A stretch of 64,000 nucleotides of DNA from Pelagomonas calceolata (taxonomy: Eukaryota): assembly GCA_918797485.1 (NCBI GenBank), contig CAKKNE010000002.1, positions 3,286,001-3,350,000 on the forward strand, given 5' to 3'. Each line of letters opens with the position of its first letter. Position 1 is the stretch's first letter. Of the stretch, positions 47,805 through 57,440 are shown piece after piece. The translations under genes and the position numbers were made by a program. Below the pieces are notes generated by a model. It was given only the letters and a program-made list of their open reading frames with translations, was not told the origin of the DNA and made no database searches.

Positions 47805-49454
47805 ATGAGGCTCGCCGCGCTGTGGTGCGGCGCGAGCGCCCTCGTGGTGCGCCAGCAGCCGACGCGACGGCGGTTGAGAATAGCGCCGCGCATGGCCGTG
47901 AGCGAGATCGCGATGCCGGCGCTCTCGTCGACGATGACGTCCGGGCGCGTGGTGAGCTGGCTCGTCGGCAAGGGCGACAAGGTCGAGGCGGGGGACCCCG
48001 TCATGGTCGTCGAGAGCGACAAGGCGGACATGGAGGTCGAGTCCTTCGAGGAGGGCTACGTCGCGGCGATCGTCGTCGACGAGGGCAGCGACGCGGACGT
48101 CGGCGTGGCCGTGGGCTACCTGGCGGAGACGGCCGAGGAGGCCGCGGCCTTCGAGCCCGGCGCGGCGCCGGCGGCCGCGGCGCCCGCGGCGGCGGCGGCG
48201 CCGGCCGGCGACGCGCCCGAAAGCGTATCAGTGACGATGCCGGCGCTGTCGTCGACGATGACGAGCGGCACGATCGTGAGCTGGCTCAAAAATGTTGGAG
48301 ACAAGGTCGAGGCCGGCGACCCCGTCATGGTCGTCGAGAGCGACAAGGCCGACATGGAGGTCGAGAGCTTCGACGAGGGCTACGTGGCCTCCATCCTGGT
48401 GGACGAGGGGTCGGAGGCGGACGTCGGCGCCGTCGTGGCGCTCCTCGCGCCCGACGAAGCTTCTATTGCAGAAGTCGCGGCCTTCGGCGCGCCGGGCGCG
48501 GCGGCCGCCGCGCCGGCGCCGGCGCCGGCGCCGGCCCCGGCGCCCGCAGCCGCGCCCGCCGCCTCATCTTCGTCGTCGGGCTGGGTCGCGACGCCCGGCG
48601 CGACGACCGCCACACCGAAGGCTCGCAAGCTTGCCAAATCGAAGAACCTCGACCTGGCGACCGTCGCCGGCACGGGGCGGTTCGGGCGCGTGACCGAGGC
48701 CGACGTCGAGCAAGCCTTGGGCATCGCGAAGCCCAAGAAGGTTGAGTTGGTGCCCGCGGTGGCCGGTGAGGCGGCCGCCCCGCTGGGCTCGGTCCCGATG
48801 ACGGGCATGCAGCAGGCCATCGCCAAGAACATGGAGGCTACGCTGTCTGTGCCTGTTTTTAGGGTCACGAAGACCGTGGCCACGGACGCCTTCGACGCGC
48901 TGTACCAAAAACTCAAGCCGGACGGCGTGACGGTGTCCGCTTTGTTAGCTAAGGCCTGCGCCATCGCTTTGGTGAAGACGCCGCTCATCAACGCGGCCTA
49001 CGGTGCGTCTGGTACGATCGATTACAACGACCACGTGAACGTGGCGCAAGCGGTGGCACTAGATGGCGGCCTCATCACCCCTACCTTGAGGGATGCCGAC
49101 AAGCTATCCCTCACGGACCTCTCGGCGGCCTGGAAGGATTTGGTGGGCAAAGCGAGAAGTGGCTCCCTCAAGCCCGAGGAGTACCAGACCGGTACTTTTA
49201 CGATAAGCAACCTGGGGATGTTCGACGTGGCCCAGTTCGACGCCATCCTGCCGCCGGGCCAAGGGGCGATATTGGCCATCGCGTCCAGCAAGGTCGTGCC
49301 CATCCCCATGCCCGGCGCGGCTCTCGGTGTGGGGCTCCAGAAGCAGATGACGGTGACGATCACGTGCGACCACCGCATCATCTCGGGCGCCGACGCGGCG
49401 GCCTTCCTCAAGGACTTCGCGGCGGCCGTCGAGAACCCCCAGTCCCTGGTTTAA
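47805..49454 (+). CDS. Plastid pyruvate dehydrogenase E2 (dihydrolipoamide acetyltransferase) with two lipoyl domains
   Basis: Two VESDKADMEVE lipoyl motifs, E3-binding domain, TISNLGM, catalytic DHRIISG. Confidence 0.95.
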   Translation: MRLAALWCGASALVVRQQPTRRRLRIAPRMAVSEIAMPALSSTMTSGRVVSWLVGKGDKVEAGDPVMVVESDKADMEVESFEEGYVAAIVVDEGSDADVGVAVGYLAETAEEAAAFEPGAAPAAAAPAAAAAPAGDAPESVSVTMPALSSTMTSGTIVSWLKNVGDKVEAGDPVMVVESDKADMEVESFDEGYVASILVDEGSEADVGAVVALLAPDEASIAEVAAFGAPGAAAAAPAPAPAPAPAPAAAPAASSSSSGWVATPGATTATPKARKLAKSKNLDLATVAGTGRFGRVTEADVEQALGIAKPKKVELVPAVAGEAAAPLGSVPMTGMQQAIAKNMEATLSVPVFRVTKTVATDAFDALYQKLKPDGVTVSALLAKACAIALVKTPLINAAYGASGTIDYNDHVNVAQAVALDGGLITPTLRDADKLSLTDLSAAWKDLVGKARSGSLKPEEYQTGTFTISNLGMFDVAQFDAILPPGQGAILAIASSKVVPIPMPGAALGVGLQKQMTVTITCDHRIISGADAAAFLKDFAAAVENPQSLV

Positions 49455-49502
49455 GTAAGTCGCTACATCATATCGTTCCCCGTAGTGCCTCGGGCGAAGG
49501 GC

Positions 49503-49600
49503 GAGATCGACGAGATCGTCGCGCCAAGGTCCTGCCAAGGACGAGATCGTCGAGTCCAGGCAAGGTAGAGATCGTCGAGTCCAGGCAAGGGCGAGATCGA
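49503..49600. repeat. Short tandem repeat, 25-bp unit GAGATCGTCGAGTCCAGGCAAGG(NN)
   Basis: Full units at 49543 and 49568; partial or degenerate units at 49503, 49512 and 49593. Confidence 0.8.
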
Positions 49601-49664
49601 GGGCTCCGCGGACTTCTCCGCGGTTTCAGGCAGATAGACTACAAATGTATGTTACAGTATTCTC

Positions 49665-50246
49665 TCAGTCCTCCGAACAGAGGGCGTCGAGGACGAGTTG
49701 CGCCACGGCCCGCGTGGCCTCGAGGCGCGCGTGGACGGCCGCGGCGCAGAGCGGCACGGCGCCGCACTCCGGGTCGAGCGGTGACCCCCGCGCCGCCCCG
49801 CGCACGGCGCCCGCGAGGTCGTCGGCGACGTCGGCGAGCTGCTCGTCGACGGTGTCGAACGCCCGCACGAGCGCCGCGGCGCGCGCGCCCGCCGCGGCCC
49901 GCCGCGTCGCCGCGTCGGCGGCGTCCGCCCAGAGGCCCGTGGCGGCGGCGCCCGAGGGCAGGTCGCGGCCGCGCCGCGCCGCCGCGTCGAGCGCCTCGGA
50001 GACGCCGGCGAGCTTGCCCGCGAGGCGCCGCGCGGCCGGGCCGGCCGTGTGCTCCGTCCACCGCCCGAGCGCGCAGACGAAGACGCGCTGCGCCTCGAGC
50101 ATGTCCGCCGCCAGCGCGGACAGCTCGGGCGTGCGCAGGTTGAGCGCCCTGGTGCCCTTCAGCAGCTCCGTGGCCGCGCCGGACTCGCGCAGGCAGAGCA
50201 GTTGGAGCTGGTCGTAGGCCGTGTCATCTGGCACCGCGGCGTCCAT
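49665..50246 (-). CDS. Hypothetical helical Ala-rich protein
   Basis: ATG at 50246, GC3-rich codons. Confidence 0.55.
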   Translation of the reverse strand: MDAAVPDDTAYDQLQLLCLRESGAATELLKGTRALNLRTPELSALAADMLEAQRVFVCALGRWTEHTAGPAARRLAGKLAGVSEALDAAARRGRDLPSGAAATGLWADAADAATRRAAAGARAAALVRAFDTVDEQLADVADDLAGAVRGAARGSPLDPECGAVPLCAAAVHARLEATRAVAQLVLDALCSED

Positions 50247-50880
50247 GCACGGCGGCGCCGGCACACCACCCTCCGTGTGCCGGGCCGGGGAGACGAGGCA
50301 AGTCGCAATGGTTGCGGCAGTTGTTGCTCACCCGCCGGTCTGGCGTGCGTGAGCGAGTAGCTTTGGGCTGGCGCTTTTGCACCACGCGTGCGTGAGCACT
50401 TAGCTTAGGCCTTGCGCTTTTGCACCACCTAGGGAGCAGCAGGCGCACAAGGCGGCTGATTAAGCGCAGAGCTCGCGGTCTTGCACCACTGCCGCGATTC
50501 TACGGCGCGGCGGGTGTGTGCGAAGTGTCTGGCGCCTGCTGCTTGCAAATGCGTGCAGCAGGAGGCCGAGGAAGGCTTTAATTACGGGCACAGAGCTGGT
50601 GAGTTTGGCACGGAGGTGGCCGTCTCGACCGCAACTTCGACCCGCCTTTAACATGCCCCAGCACTTCTTCCTACACGTGGGAGGACCTGTGGTAGGTTTC
50701 AAGCTCGTTCTTTCGGCTCCGGCCACCAAATCTGCTTTTGGTACAGGCAAATCAACGGCGCGTATTCTCGCCTCTGAGCAGCCGAAATAGCAGCCGAAAT
50801 AGCTCGCCGCGCGACGCTGCGGTACCTTCTTAAGCTTCTTAGCCCAAATCGTCTGGCTTAAGGGGCAGCCTTACCTAAAG

Positions 50881-52167
50881 ATGCCAACCACCCGGGCCAC
50901 GCTCCTCTCCCTCTCAGAGGACGCCCTCCGCCGCGCGCTGGCCCATGTGCCCCTGCAGCACCACGGCGCGCTGGCGCAGACCTGCAAGCGCCTCCGGGCC
51001 GTCAAGCAGGCGACGCGGTTCCGCCGCGAACGCGCGAACAGCGGCTGCGAGGAGTCCGTGCTCATCGTGACGGGCGGCTCGGACGCGCGCGACGACACGT
51101 GGAACGAGCATACATTCGTGCTCCAGGCCGACGGGACGTGGCGCGCGCGGCTCGCGCAAAACCCGAACCCGCTCCTGAAAATGCCGCGCGCGGCGCGGGC
51201 GGTCCGGGAGATGGACCTCGTGTCGGGCGACGGCGGCTCCCACGCGGTCGCGAACGGCGAGCTCTTCGTCGTGGGCCCGGTCGTCATGTGCGGCATGCCC
51301 TCGGCCTCGCTGGCGGTGTACGACGTCGCCGGCGATTGCTGGCGCGACAGCTACGCGCACGCGCGGCGGTCGCGGCGCAACGCGGTGGCCTGCCCGCCGC
51401 CCCCGCACGCCACGGCCGCGGCGGCGATCGGCTTTGCGGGCGGAGACTTCCTCGTGGTGGCCGGCGGCGAGTCTGACGAGCTCGCCGTCGTGGAGGACGA
51501 CGAAGAGGGATTTCTGGGGTGCAACCTCGCGATCTCGGCGCGCTGCATGGCGTTCAACGTGTACGCGCGCGAGTGGGCTTACGTGGAGGACATGCCCCTG
51601 GGCGTGGCGCACGCGGCATCCGCCGTCGTGGGCTCCAAACTCTATGTGGCCGGCGGCGTGTTTACGGAGGGTCTGGAGGAAGGATTGGAGGACGAAAGCG
51701 ACCAGCTGCAGATCTTCGACGGCGTCGCCTGGACGAGCGAGAAGATCGAACTGCCGTCGTTCGGGCAAGACGGGTCCTTCGGGCTGTTCCCGGGGTGCGC
51801 CTGCGGCGCGGCGTGGAACGGTGAGCTCGTCGTCGTGTGCGGCGGCAGCCGCGAGCACGAGATCGTGCCGGGTGGCGACGACGACGAGGAGCCGCAGTTT
51901 GAATTGGTGGAGGCCCTCCCTCGGACCTACGCCTACGACGTGGAGGCCCGGACCTGGCGCGCGCTCCCGGCGCTCCCGGAGATGCGCGACGGCTTCTCCG
52001 TCGCGGCGCACCGGGGCGACCTCTACGTCGTCGGCGGCGTCTCCGACGCGGCGTGCCCGCCGCTCGTCCTGCGCGCGGGCGCCGCCGCCTGGGCGCCCGT
52101 CCCCGGCGCGCCCGACGAGCTGGGCGCGCTCGAGCGGCCGGCGCTCGCGAGCGTGGTGCTGGGGTAG
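50881..52167 (+). CDS. F-box-like/kelch-repeat protein
   Basis: LLSLSEDALRRAL..TCKRLR (F-box-like); KLYVAGG, DLYVVGG and YD..W kelch motifs. Confidence 0.85.
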   Translation: MPTTRATLLSLSEDALRRALAHVPLQHHGALAQTCKRLRAVKQATRFRRERANSGCEESVLIVTGGSDARDDTWNEHTFVLQADGTWRARLAQNPNPLLKMPRAARAVREMDLVSGDGGSHAVANGELFVVGPVVMCGMPSASLAVYDVAGDCWRDSYAHARRSRRNAVACPPPPHATAAAAIGFAGGDFLVVAGGESDELAVVEDDEEGFLGCNLAISARCMAFNVYAREWAYVEDMPLGVAHAASAVVGSKLYVAGGVFTEGLEEGLEDESDQLQIFDGVAWTSEKIELPSFGQDGSFGLFPGCACGAAWNGELVVVCGGSREHEIVPGGDDDEEPQFELVEALPRTYAYDVEARTWRALPALPEMRDGFSVAAHRGDLYVVGGVSDAACPPLVLRAGAAAWAPVPGAPDELGALERPALASVVLG

Positions 52168-52255
52168 CGGCTCTAACGGTGTGTATATACTATATTTAAC
52201 ATAGTTGCGCGCTATCTGTGCGTGGGATAGCCACAACAGGCCGCTTTTGCGATTC

Positions 52256-52277
52256 CTAGTATGTCAAGAAACGCTAG
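52256..52277. promoter_or_regulatory. Recurrent intergenic motif variant CTAGTATGTCAAGAAACGCTAG
   Basis: ~260 bp upstream of the 52536 start. Confidence 0.5.
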
Positions 52278-52535
52278 CGTGCTGCGCCTCTCTCCGGAGA
52301 GAGCTCCGAGAGTGCTGTGCTCTCTCGAGAGGCAGAGCCGATAGAGGTGCCGGCCTCGAGTCGCGACTGACGGGGGCGCTCGCGGCGGCATTTTGGCATG
52401 TGACCGAGCTGCAGCTGCTAGTTTTGCATCCAACCTGCAGTGACCTCATTTGCTTGCTGCATACATCCGCAGAGCTAGCGCGAACCGTTGCAGAGAGCTG
52501 CAGAGTGCTGCCATTGCAGCACTCACAAGAAACAC

Positions 52536-55331
52536 ATGGCCCACCTCGTCGGCAAGCGCATCGAAGTCTACTGGGACGGCGACGCGCGCTTCTACAAGGG
52601 ACGCGTGGCGCGCTACGCGCCGCGCACGGGCCGCCACGAGGTCGCCTACGACGACGACGAGACGGAGTGGCTGCGGCTGGACCGGGCGCGGCACCGCTTC
52701 GTGGACGGCGGCGGGTCCCGCTACACGATCGAGTGGGAGTGGGCCGACGAGAAAGCGCAAGGTGCGCACGCGGCGGCCGTCGCGCAGCTCGTCGCCGCCG
52801 TCGGCGCGACGCCTCAGGTCGCATCAACCTACCTCGACGCGCACGGCTCGCCCGAGGCCGCCGCCGAGCGCTACCTGCGCGACCGCGACGGCGACCGGCC
52901 GCGGCGCGCGGCGCGCGGCGCGGCGCCGAAGCGCGAGCCGGCGACGCCGCCGCGGCGCCCGGCGAAGCGGCGGCGGGCCGACAAGGGCGCGGCCGCCGGC
53001 ACCAAGGCGACGGTCGACGACGACGAGGCCGCGCCCCTGGTCCAGGGCGTCGACGACGAGTGGGCCGACTGGCGCGGCTGCGTTTGCGGCGGCAGCTACT
53101 ACGGCGAGATGGTCGCGTGCGAAGGCGGCTGCGACAACTGGTTCCACTTCGCTTGTGTGGGTCTGACGCGCTTACCGCGCGGCGAGTGGCTCTGCCAAGA
53201 CTGCAAGACGAAGAAGAAGCCGAAGAAGCGCCGCGTCGAGAAGCAGCCGGAGCCGCTCCCGCCCCCTCCGGCCGAGGCGACGGCCGGCGACGCGGCGCTC
53301 GCGCGGCGCCTCGCGGCCGACGCCCGCCCGCTGCGGCGCGGCCGGTCCGCGACGCAGCCTAAAGCCGAGGACGCCGGCTGGTGCATCTGTGGCGGTTCTG
53401 GAGAAGGCGCCATGGTGCGCTGCGACGACGCGAGTTGCGCCCTCGGCCGCGGCTGGTTCCACTTCGCCTGCGTCGGGCTCGCGGAGGAACCACGGGGCCG
53501 GTGGCTCTGCCCCGAGTGCCGGCCGGCGGCGCCGGTTCAAAAGCGGCGGCGCGAGCGCCACTGCTGGTGCGACCGGCCCGACGACGGCCGGCCCATGGTC
53601 GAGTGCTCAATTGGAAATTGTCCGCGGCCGTGGCACCACTTCGCTTGCGTGGGGCTCGCAAATGAGGTCCCCGACAATTGGGCGTGCGCCGCGTGCGAGC
53701 GGTCGAGCGAGACGCGGGTCCGGTCCGCGATCGTCGAGTGTGGCCGGGATCTTGTGAAACGCGCCGCCGTCGAGTTCGCGCGGCGATCGTGTGGCGCCGC
53801 GCTGGCGGACGTCGTCTACACGGTGCACCGCGGCCGCGCGGGCGGCTGCCGCTGGCGCGCGCCCGAGCGCGACGACACGGAGATTGGCGAACGGGCGGCG
53901 GCGCGCGAGTGCCTCACGGCATTATTATGGGCCGCCTCGCTGCGCGGCACGCCGCCGGGGCCCGCCTTCGACGCCGAGGTCGGCTCCTTCGCGCGCGTCG
54001 CGCGCCTCGGGCCGCACCGCCATTCCCAGAGGCCGGCGCCCTTAAAAGCCGTCGTCCGGTCACCGCGGGGCCTCGTGCTCTTCCGGGCTCCCTCGGACTA
54101 CGCCGCGGCCTTCGGGGTGACGTGCCACGCGCGCGAGCACTTTTTGCAGTTGCAAGGCGCGGCTCCGCGCACTACCTCGTCGTCGCGGCGCGCGCTCCAG
54201 GTGCGGCCGGCCTTCCCCGACGCCGCGCGCGCGCCGCCGTCGGATTTAACGATGCGCTTCCTGGACATGCTCCGCGCGCGCGACTCCATAAGAATCCAGA
54301 AGGCCGCCGGCGCGCCGTGGCCCTGGTCCGGAGACGACGTGTTGAACTGCCACAAGTTCACGAACGTGAAGAGAGAGCACGACCGCGTGACGGCGTGGCT
54401 GCGGGCCCACTGGACCGAGCCACACGCCGACGCCGACGCCGCGACCGTGCTATTCAACTGCGGCGTCTTCCGGACCTTCGGGACCGTCGCCTTCGCCGAG
54501 GCCCTGGGCTGGACCCACTCTCTAGATGAGTGGGACGCCGCCAAGGCGCGCGCGGCGGCGGTCGCGTGCTGGCGCGGCGGCCGCCACGCGTTCACGCGGG
54601 CCTACTGCCGGCCGCGGTTCAACGCGGAGCGGCGGCGGGGCGACGCCGGCGCCCGGCCGCCCGTCGATGTGTATGATGGCGCTATTCGCATCCTGGCGGC
54701 GCTGCGCGGGGAATGCCACAACGTGATGGACCGGGGCGGGTCGTGGCGCGCGGTCTGTACCCGACTCCGACGCGTCGCGGGGTTTGGGGGGAGCGGCTTC
54801 ATGGCCAAGGAGGTCCTGCACGACGCCATGGGCTGGGCGTCGGTGCGGGCATTGGTCCGCGACGCCGGCGACTGGACGCCGCCGGGGCCCGGCGCGCGGC
54901 GCGGCCTGAACCGGCTCCACGGGCGCGCGCTTGATTTAGGAGCTCTGGCGCCGGCCGACTCGCCGGGCGAGGCGCGGTTTATCAAAGAGATGGGGCTGCT
55001 CCTTGGGGCTTTACGAGACTCTGACCGCGCGTTCTGCAGTTCGTTGGAACTCGACATCCACGACGTGCAGTTCCAGCTCTGCGAGTACGACAAGTACTGC
55101 CGCGCCGCGGGCGAAGGACGCGGCCACGTCCCGCCGTACCGGCCGTGCGCGGCGCTCTTCGCCGGCGGGGCCGCGCCGCCGGGCCTCGAGCTCCGCCCAT
55201 TGTCGGAGGAGTGGCACGCGCTCCGGCCCGCGCGGCCAGCGTCGCCGACGGACGAGGCCGCGACGTCCCGCGACGGCGACGACGACGACGACCTCGTCGA
55301 GGGCGACGGCGACGTGCCCATGGAAGTGTAA
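52536..55331 (+). CDS. Tudor-like + 3x PHD finger protein fused to an aGPT-Pplase1 / 5-hmdU DNA kinase helical-type domain
   Basis: LVGKRIEVYWDGDARFYKGRV..HEVAYDD; three C4HC3 fingers; PWPWSGDDVLNCHKFTNVKREHDRVT, GFMAKEV..D, GPGARRGLNRL, DVQFQLCEYDKY. Confidence 0.85.
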   Translation: MAHLVGKRIEVYWDGDARFYKGRVARYAPRTGRHEVAYDDDETEWLRLDRARHRFVDGGGSRYTIEWEWADEKAQGAHAAAVAQLVAAVGATPQVASTYLDAHGSPEAAAERYLRDRDGDRPRRAARGAAPKREPATPPRRPAKRRRADKGAAAGTKATVDDDEAAPLVQGVDDEWADWRGCVCGGSYYGEMVACEGGCDNWFHFACVGLTRLPRGEWLCQDCKTKKKPKKRRVEKQPEPLPPPPAEATAGDAALARRLAADARPLRRGRSATQPKAEDAGWCICGGSGEGAMVRCDDASCALGRGWFHFACVGLAEEPRGRWLCPECRPAAPVQKRRRERHCWCDRPDDGRPMVECSIGNCPRPWHHFACVGLANEVPDNWACAACERSSETRVRSAIVECGRDLVKRAAVEFARRSCGAALADVVYTVHRGRAGGCRWRAPERDDTEIGERAAARECLTALLWAASLRGTPPGPAFDAEVGSFARVARLGPHRHSQRPAPLKAVVRSPRGLVLFRAPSDYAAAFGVTCHAREHFLQLQGAAPRTTSSSRRALQVRPAFPDAARAPPSDLTMRFLDMLRARDSIRIQKAAGAPWPWSGDDVLNCHKFTNVKREHDRVTAWLRAHWTEPHADADAATVLFNCGVFRTFGTVAFAEALGWTHSLDEWDAAKARAAAVACWRGGRHAFTRAYCRPRFNAERRRGDAGARPPVDVYDGAIRILAALRGECHNVMDRGGSWRAVCTRLRRVAGFGGSGFMAKEVLHDAMGWASVRALVRDAGDWTPPGPGARRGLNRLHGRALDLGALAPADSPGEARFIKEMGLLLGALRDSDRAFCSSLELDIHDVQFQLCEYDKYCRAAGEGRGHVPPYRPCAALFAGGAAPPGLELRPLSEEWHALRPARPASPTDEAATSRDGDDDDDLVEGDGDVPMEV

Positions 55332-55476
55332 TTTGCTAGGACACCTCTTTACCCCCCCCCTTCAAGCTCTACCCATACCCAGGCGCCGGTTGCGAAGCTA
55401 AGCTGCCCTGGCGCCGCCAGGCTCCTACGACCGGTTGCCCGAGTGGATCGGCTGCCCGAGCGGCGCCCAGTCGTCC

Positions 55477-56403
55477 ATGGCTCAGCTGGAGGAACGATCA
55501 CCCACCGCGGAGGAGGAGGCCCCGGCGCCACAAACACAGCTGACGACAGTGCCGGAGGAGGCCCGGCCGGTGTCGGTGGGCTCGTCGCAGGCCCCGACCG
55601 CAGACGACGGGTTCTTCGAGGAAACGCGCGCGCGCGGCCTCGCGGCGCTGCGCGAGGCGACGGCGTACCTGAGGACGACGCCGACGAAGGCGACGCCGCG
55701 GCAGGAGCCCGCGGCCGTGGTCGCCGCCGACGACGCGCTCCAGCAGCTGGCGTCGGCCGACGAGGCGGAGCGCGCCTACGCGGCTTTTTCGGCTTCGCTC
55801 GAGCTCCCGGGCGCGCGCGACGCCTTCGCGGATTTGTTGAATCGCGAGCAGGCGGAGGAGGTCCTCTGTTCGGCGCTCGCGAACCTGAGCGCGGCCGAGG
55901 CGACGTCGAAGCCCCTCGCCAAGGCCGCGCGGAAGTTATTGAGACACCCAAAGGGAACCGTGCGCGCCGACGCGGCGCGGTACCTCGGGGGCTTCGTCGA
56001 CGTCATCGACGACAAGGCGCGCGAGGGCCTCACGCAGCTCGCGCGGCTCGACCCCGACGCCAACGTACGAAAAGAGTCCACCTGGGCCCTGCAGCGGCTG
56101 GGCCGGGATGAGGTTGAGGAGGACGCGCCCGCCGCGGACGAGCCGCCCGAGGCGGCGCCGCGCGAGGCGCCCGCGGACTTGGATGATGCCGACGAGGTGT
56201 TGAGAAGGAGCGACGAGCCCATCGCGCGGCTCATGCGCGAGGCGAGCGAATCCAAAAAAAAGAAGGGGAACCCCAAGCCGAAACCTTCGCCCGTGCGGCG
56301 ACGGAATAGAAGGAGCCGGCGGCGGGTCCTGGAGGTCTCGGAGGACGACTCCGCCAGGGGACGCGCGCGCCTGCCGACGCTGCCCCGCGGCGCCTCGGCA
56401 TAA
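55477..56403 (+). CDS. HEAT-repeat-containing hypothetical protein
   Basis: LLRHPKGTVRADAARYLG; LDPDANVRKESTWAL. Confidence 0.7.
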   Translation: MAQLEERSPTAEEEAPAPQTQLTTVPEEARPVSVGSSQAPTADDGFFEETRARGLAALREATAYLRTTPTKATPRQEPAAVVAADDALQQLASADEAERAYAAFSASLELPGARDAFADLLNREQAEEVLCSALANLSAAEATSKPLAKAARKLLRHPKGTVRADAARYLGGFVDVIDDKAREGLTQLARLDPDANVRKESTWALQRLGRDEVEEDAPAADEPPEAAPREAPADLDDADEVLRRSDEPIARLMREASESKKKKGNPKPKPSPVRRRNRRSRRRVLEVSEDDSARGRARLPTLPRGASA

Positions 56404-56410
56404 ACTAGGA

Positions 56411-57022
56411 TCAATACCTCTTACCGTGCGATTCGTGAAAGCCGCGCTGAACCGCGGGTGCGACGGTCCTCCCGTAGGCGCCCCTTACCATATCGCAGAG
56501 CGCCCGGAACGCCGACGACGACCGCGGCGCCTGCGGCGCGCCCAGCGGCAGCTCGTTGTCGTTGATTGAGAGGGAAACGAACAGCGAGAAGGGCACGAGC
56601 CAGACGAAGACCGCGAAGAAGCCCAGCGAGTTCACGAAGGGCAGGAAGGGCCCCTCGCCGCTCGCGAGGAACGTGAACCAACTATAATGCGAGAGCAGGA
56701 AGGCTAATATGGCGAGTATAAAGGCCGGGCTCGACAGCTCCAACCGCGGGTAGTCGTTCAACAGCCACGCGTAGGCGCCATGACATAAAATTCCAGTGAC
56801 GCACCGTCCGAAGGGGAAGCCATCGAGGCACAGGAGGAGGTGGCCCGCCACGACGCCCTGCGTCGCGTACCGGAGCAGCTTTCCCGTCAAAACGGAGTAC
56901 TCCTCCGCGAGCTCGGCGGCGTAGTAGAGGCCGCAGCTTAGGCAGAGGACCGCGCCAAGCACGGCGAGGTAGCCGCCTAACACGGTAAGGAGCCAGGCGA
57001 GCCAGCCGAAGAAGAGCTGCAT
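56411..57022 (-). CDS. SVP26/TEX261 family ER cargo adaptor
   Basis: LSCGLYYAAELAEEY..; VWLVPFSLFVSLSINDNELP. Confidence 0.9.
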   Translation of the reverse strand: MQLFFGWLAWLLTVLGGYLAVLGAVLCLSCGLYYAAELAEEYSVLTGKLLRYATQGVVAGHLLLCLDGFPFGRCVTGILCHGAYAWLLNDYPRLELSSPAFILAILAFLLSHYSWFTFLASGEGPFLPFVNSLGFFAVFVWLVPFSLFVSLSINDNELPLGAPQAPRSSSAFRALCDMVRGAYGRTVAPAVQRGFHESHGKRY

Positions 57023-57238
57023 GCTGCTCTCTCACTGTGGGGTTTGGTGGTCTAGCTTTGCTCGGCACCTACGGCGGGCACAGGTGGGGTTTGGTGGTCT
57101 ATCTGTGCTCGGCTCGTCCGGCGGGCACAGCGCCGAAATGCGACCGATCTCTACCGTGCTAGTGATAGAGGAGTCCTACAGCACACGAGCACTTGCAGGA
57201 GCCAACAAATAACAGCAATACCAGGGGAGCGGCGCAAG

Positions 57239-57260
57239 CTAGCGGCAAGTAAGACACTAG
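57239..57260. promoter_or_regulatory. Recurrent intergenic motif copy CTAGCGGCAAGTAAGACACTAG
   Basis: Between divergent starts at 57022 and 57441. Confidence 0.65.
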
Positions 57261-57440
57261 CCAGCCGCCGGGCGTCTAAAAAAAACCAAAAAAACGAGTG
57301 GAATACAGCTTTGCCGGCACAGCTGTGAGGCCAGTTCACAGCCCTCCTGCCGTCCCTGAAGCGCTGAGCGGCTCTTGACGCCGCCGGCCCGCCTCTCGCA
57401 GCGTTCCCAGGAACGACCCCTCAAGGCGCGCGCCGACACA

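Noticed and set aside
49503..49600. 25-bp repeats as a mini CRISPR array
   Set aside because: The units are adjacent with no unique spacers; this is a simple tandem repeat.
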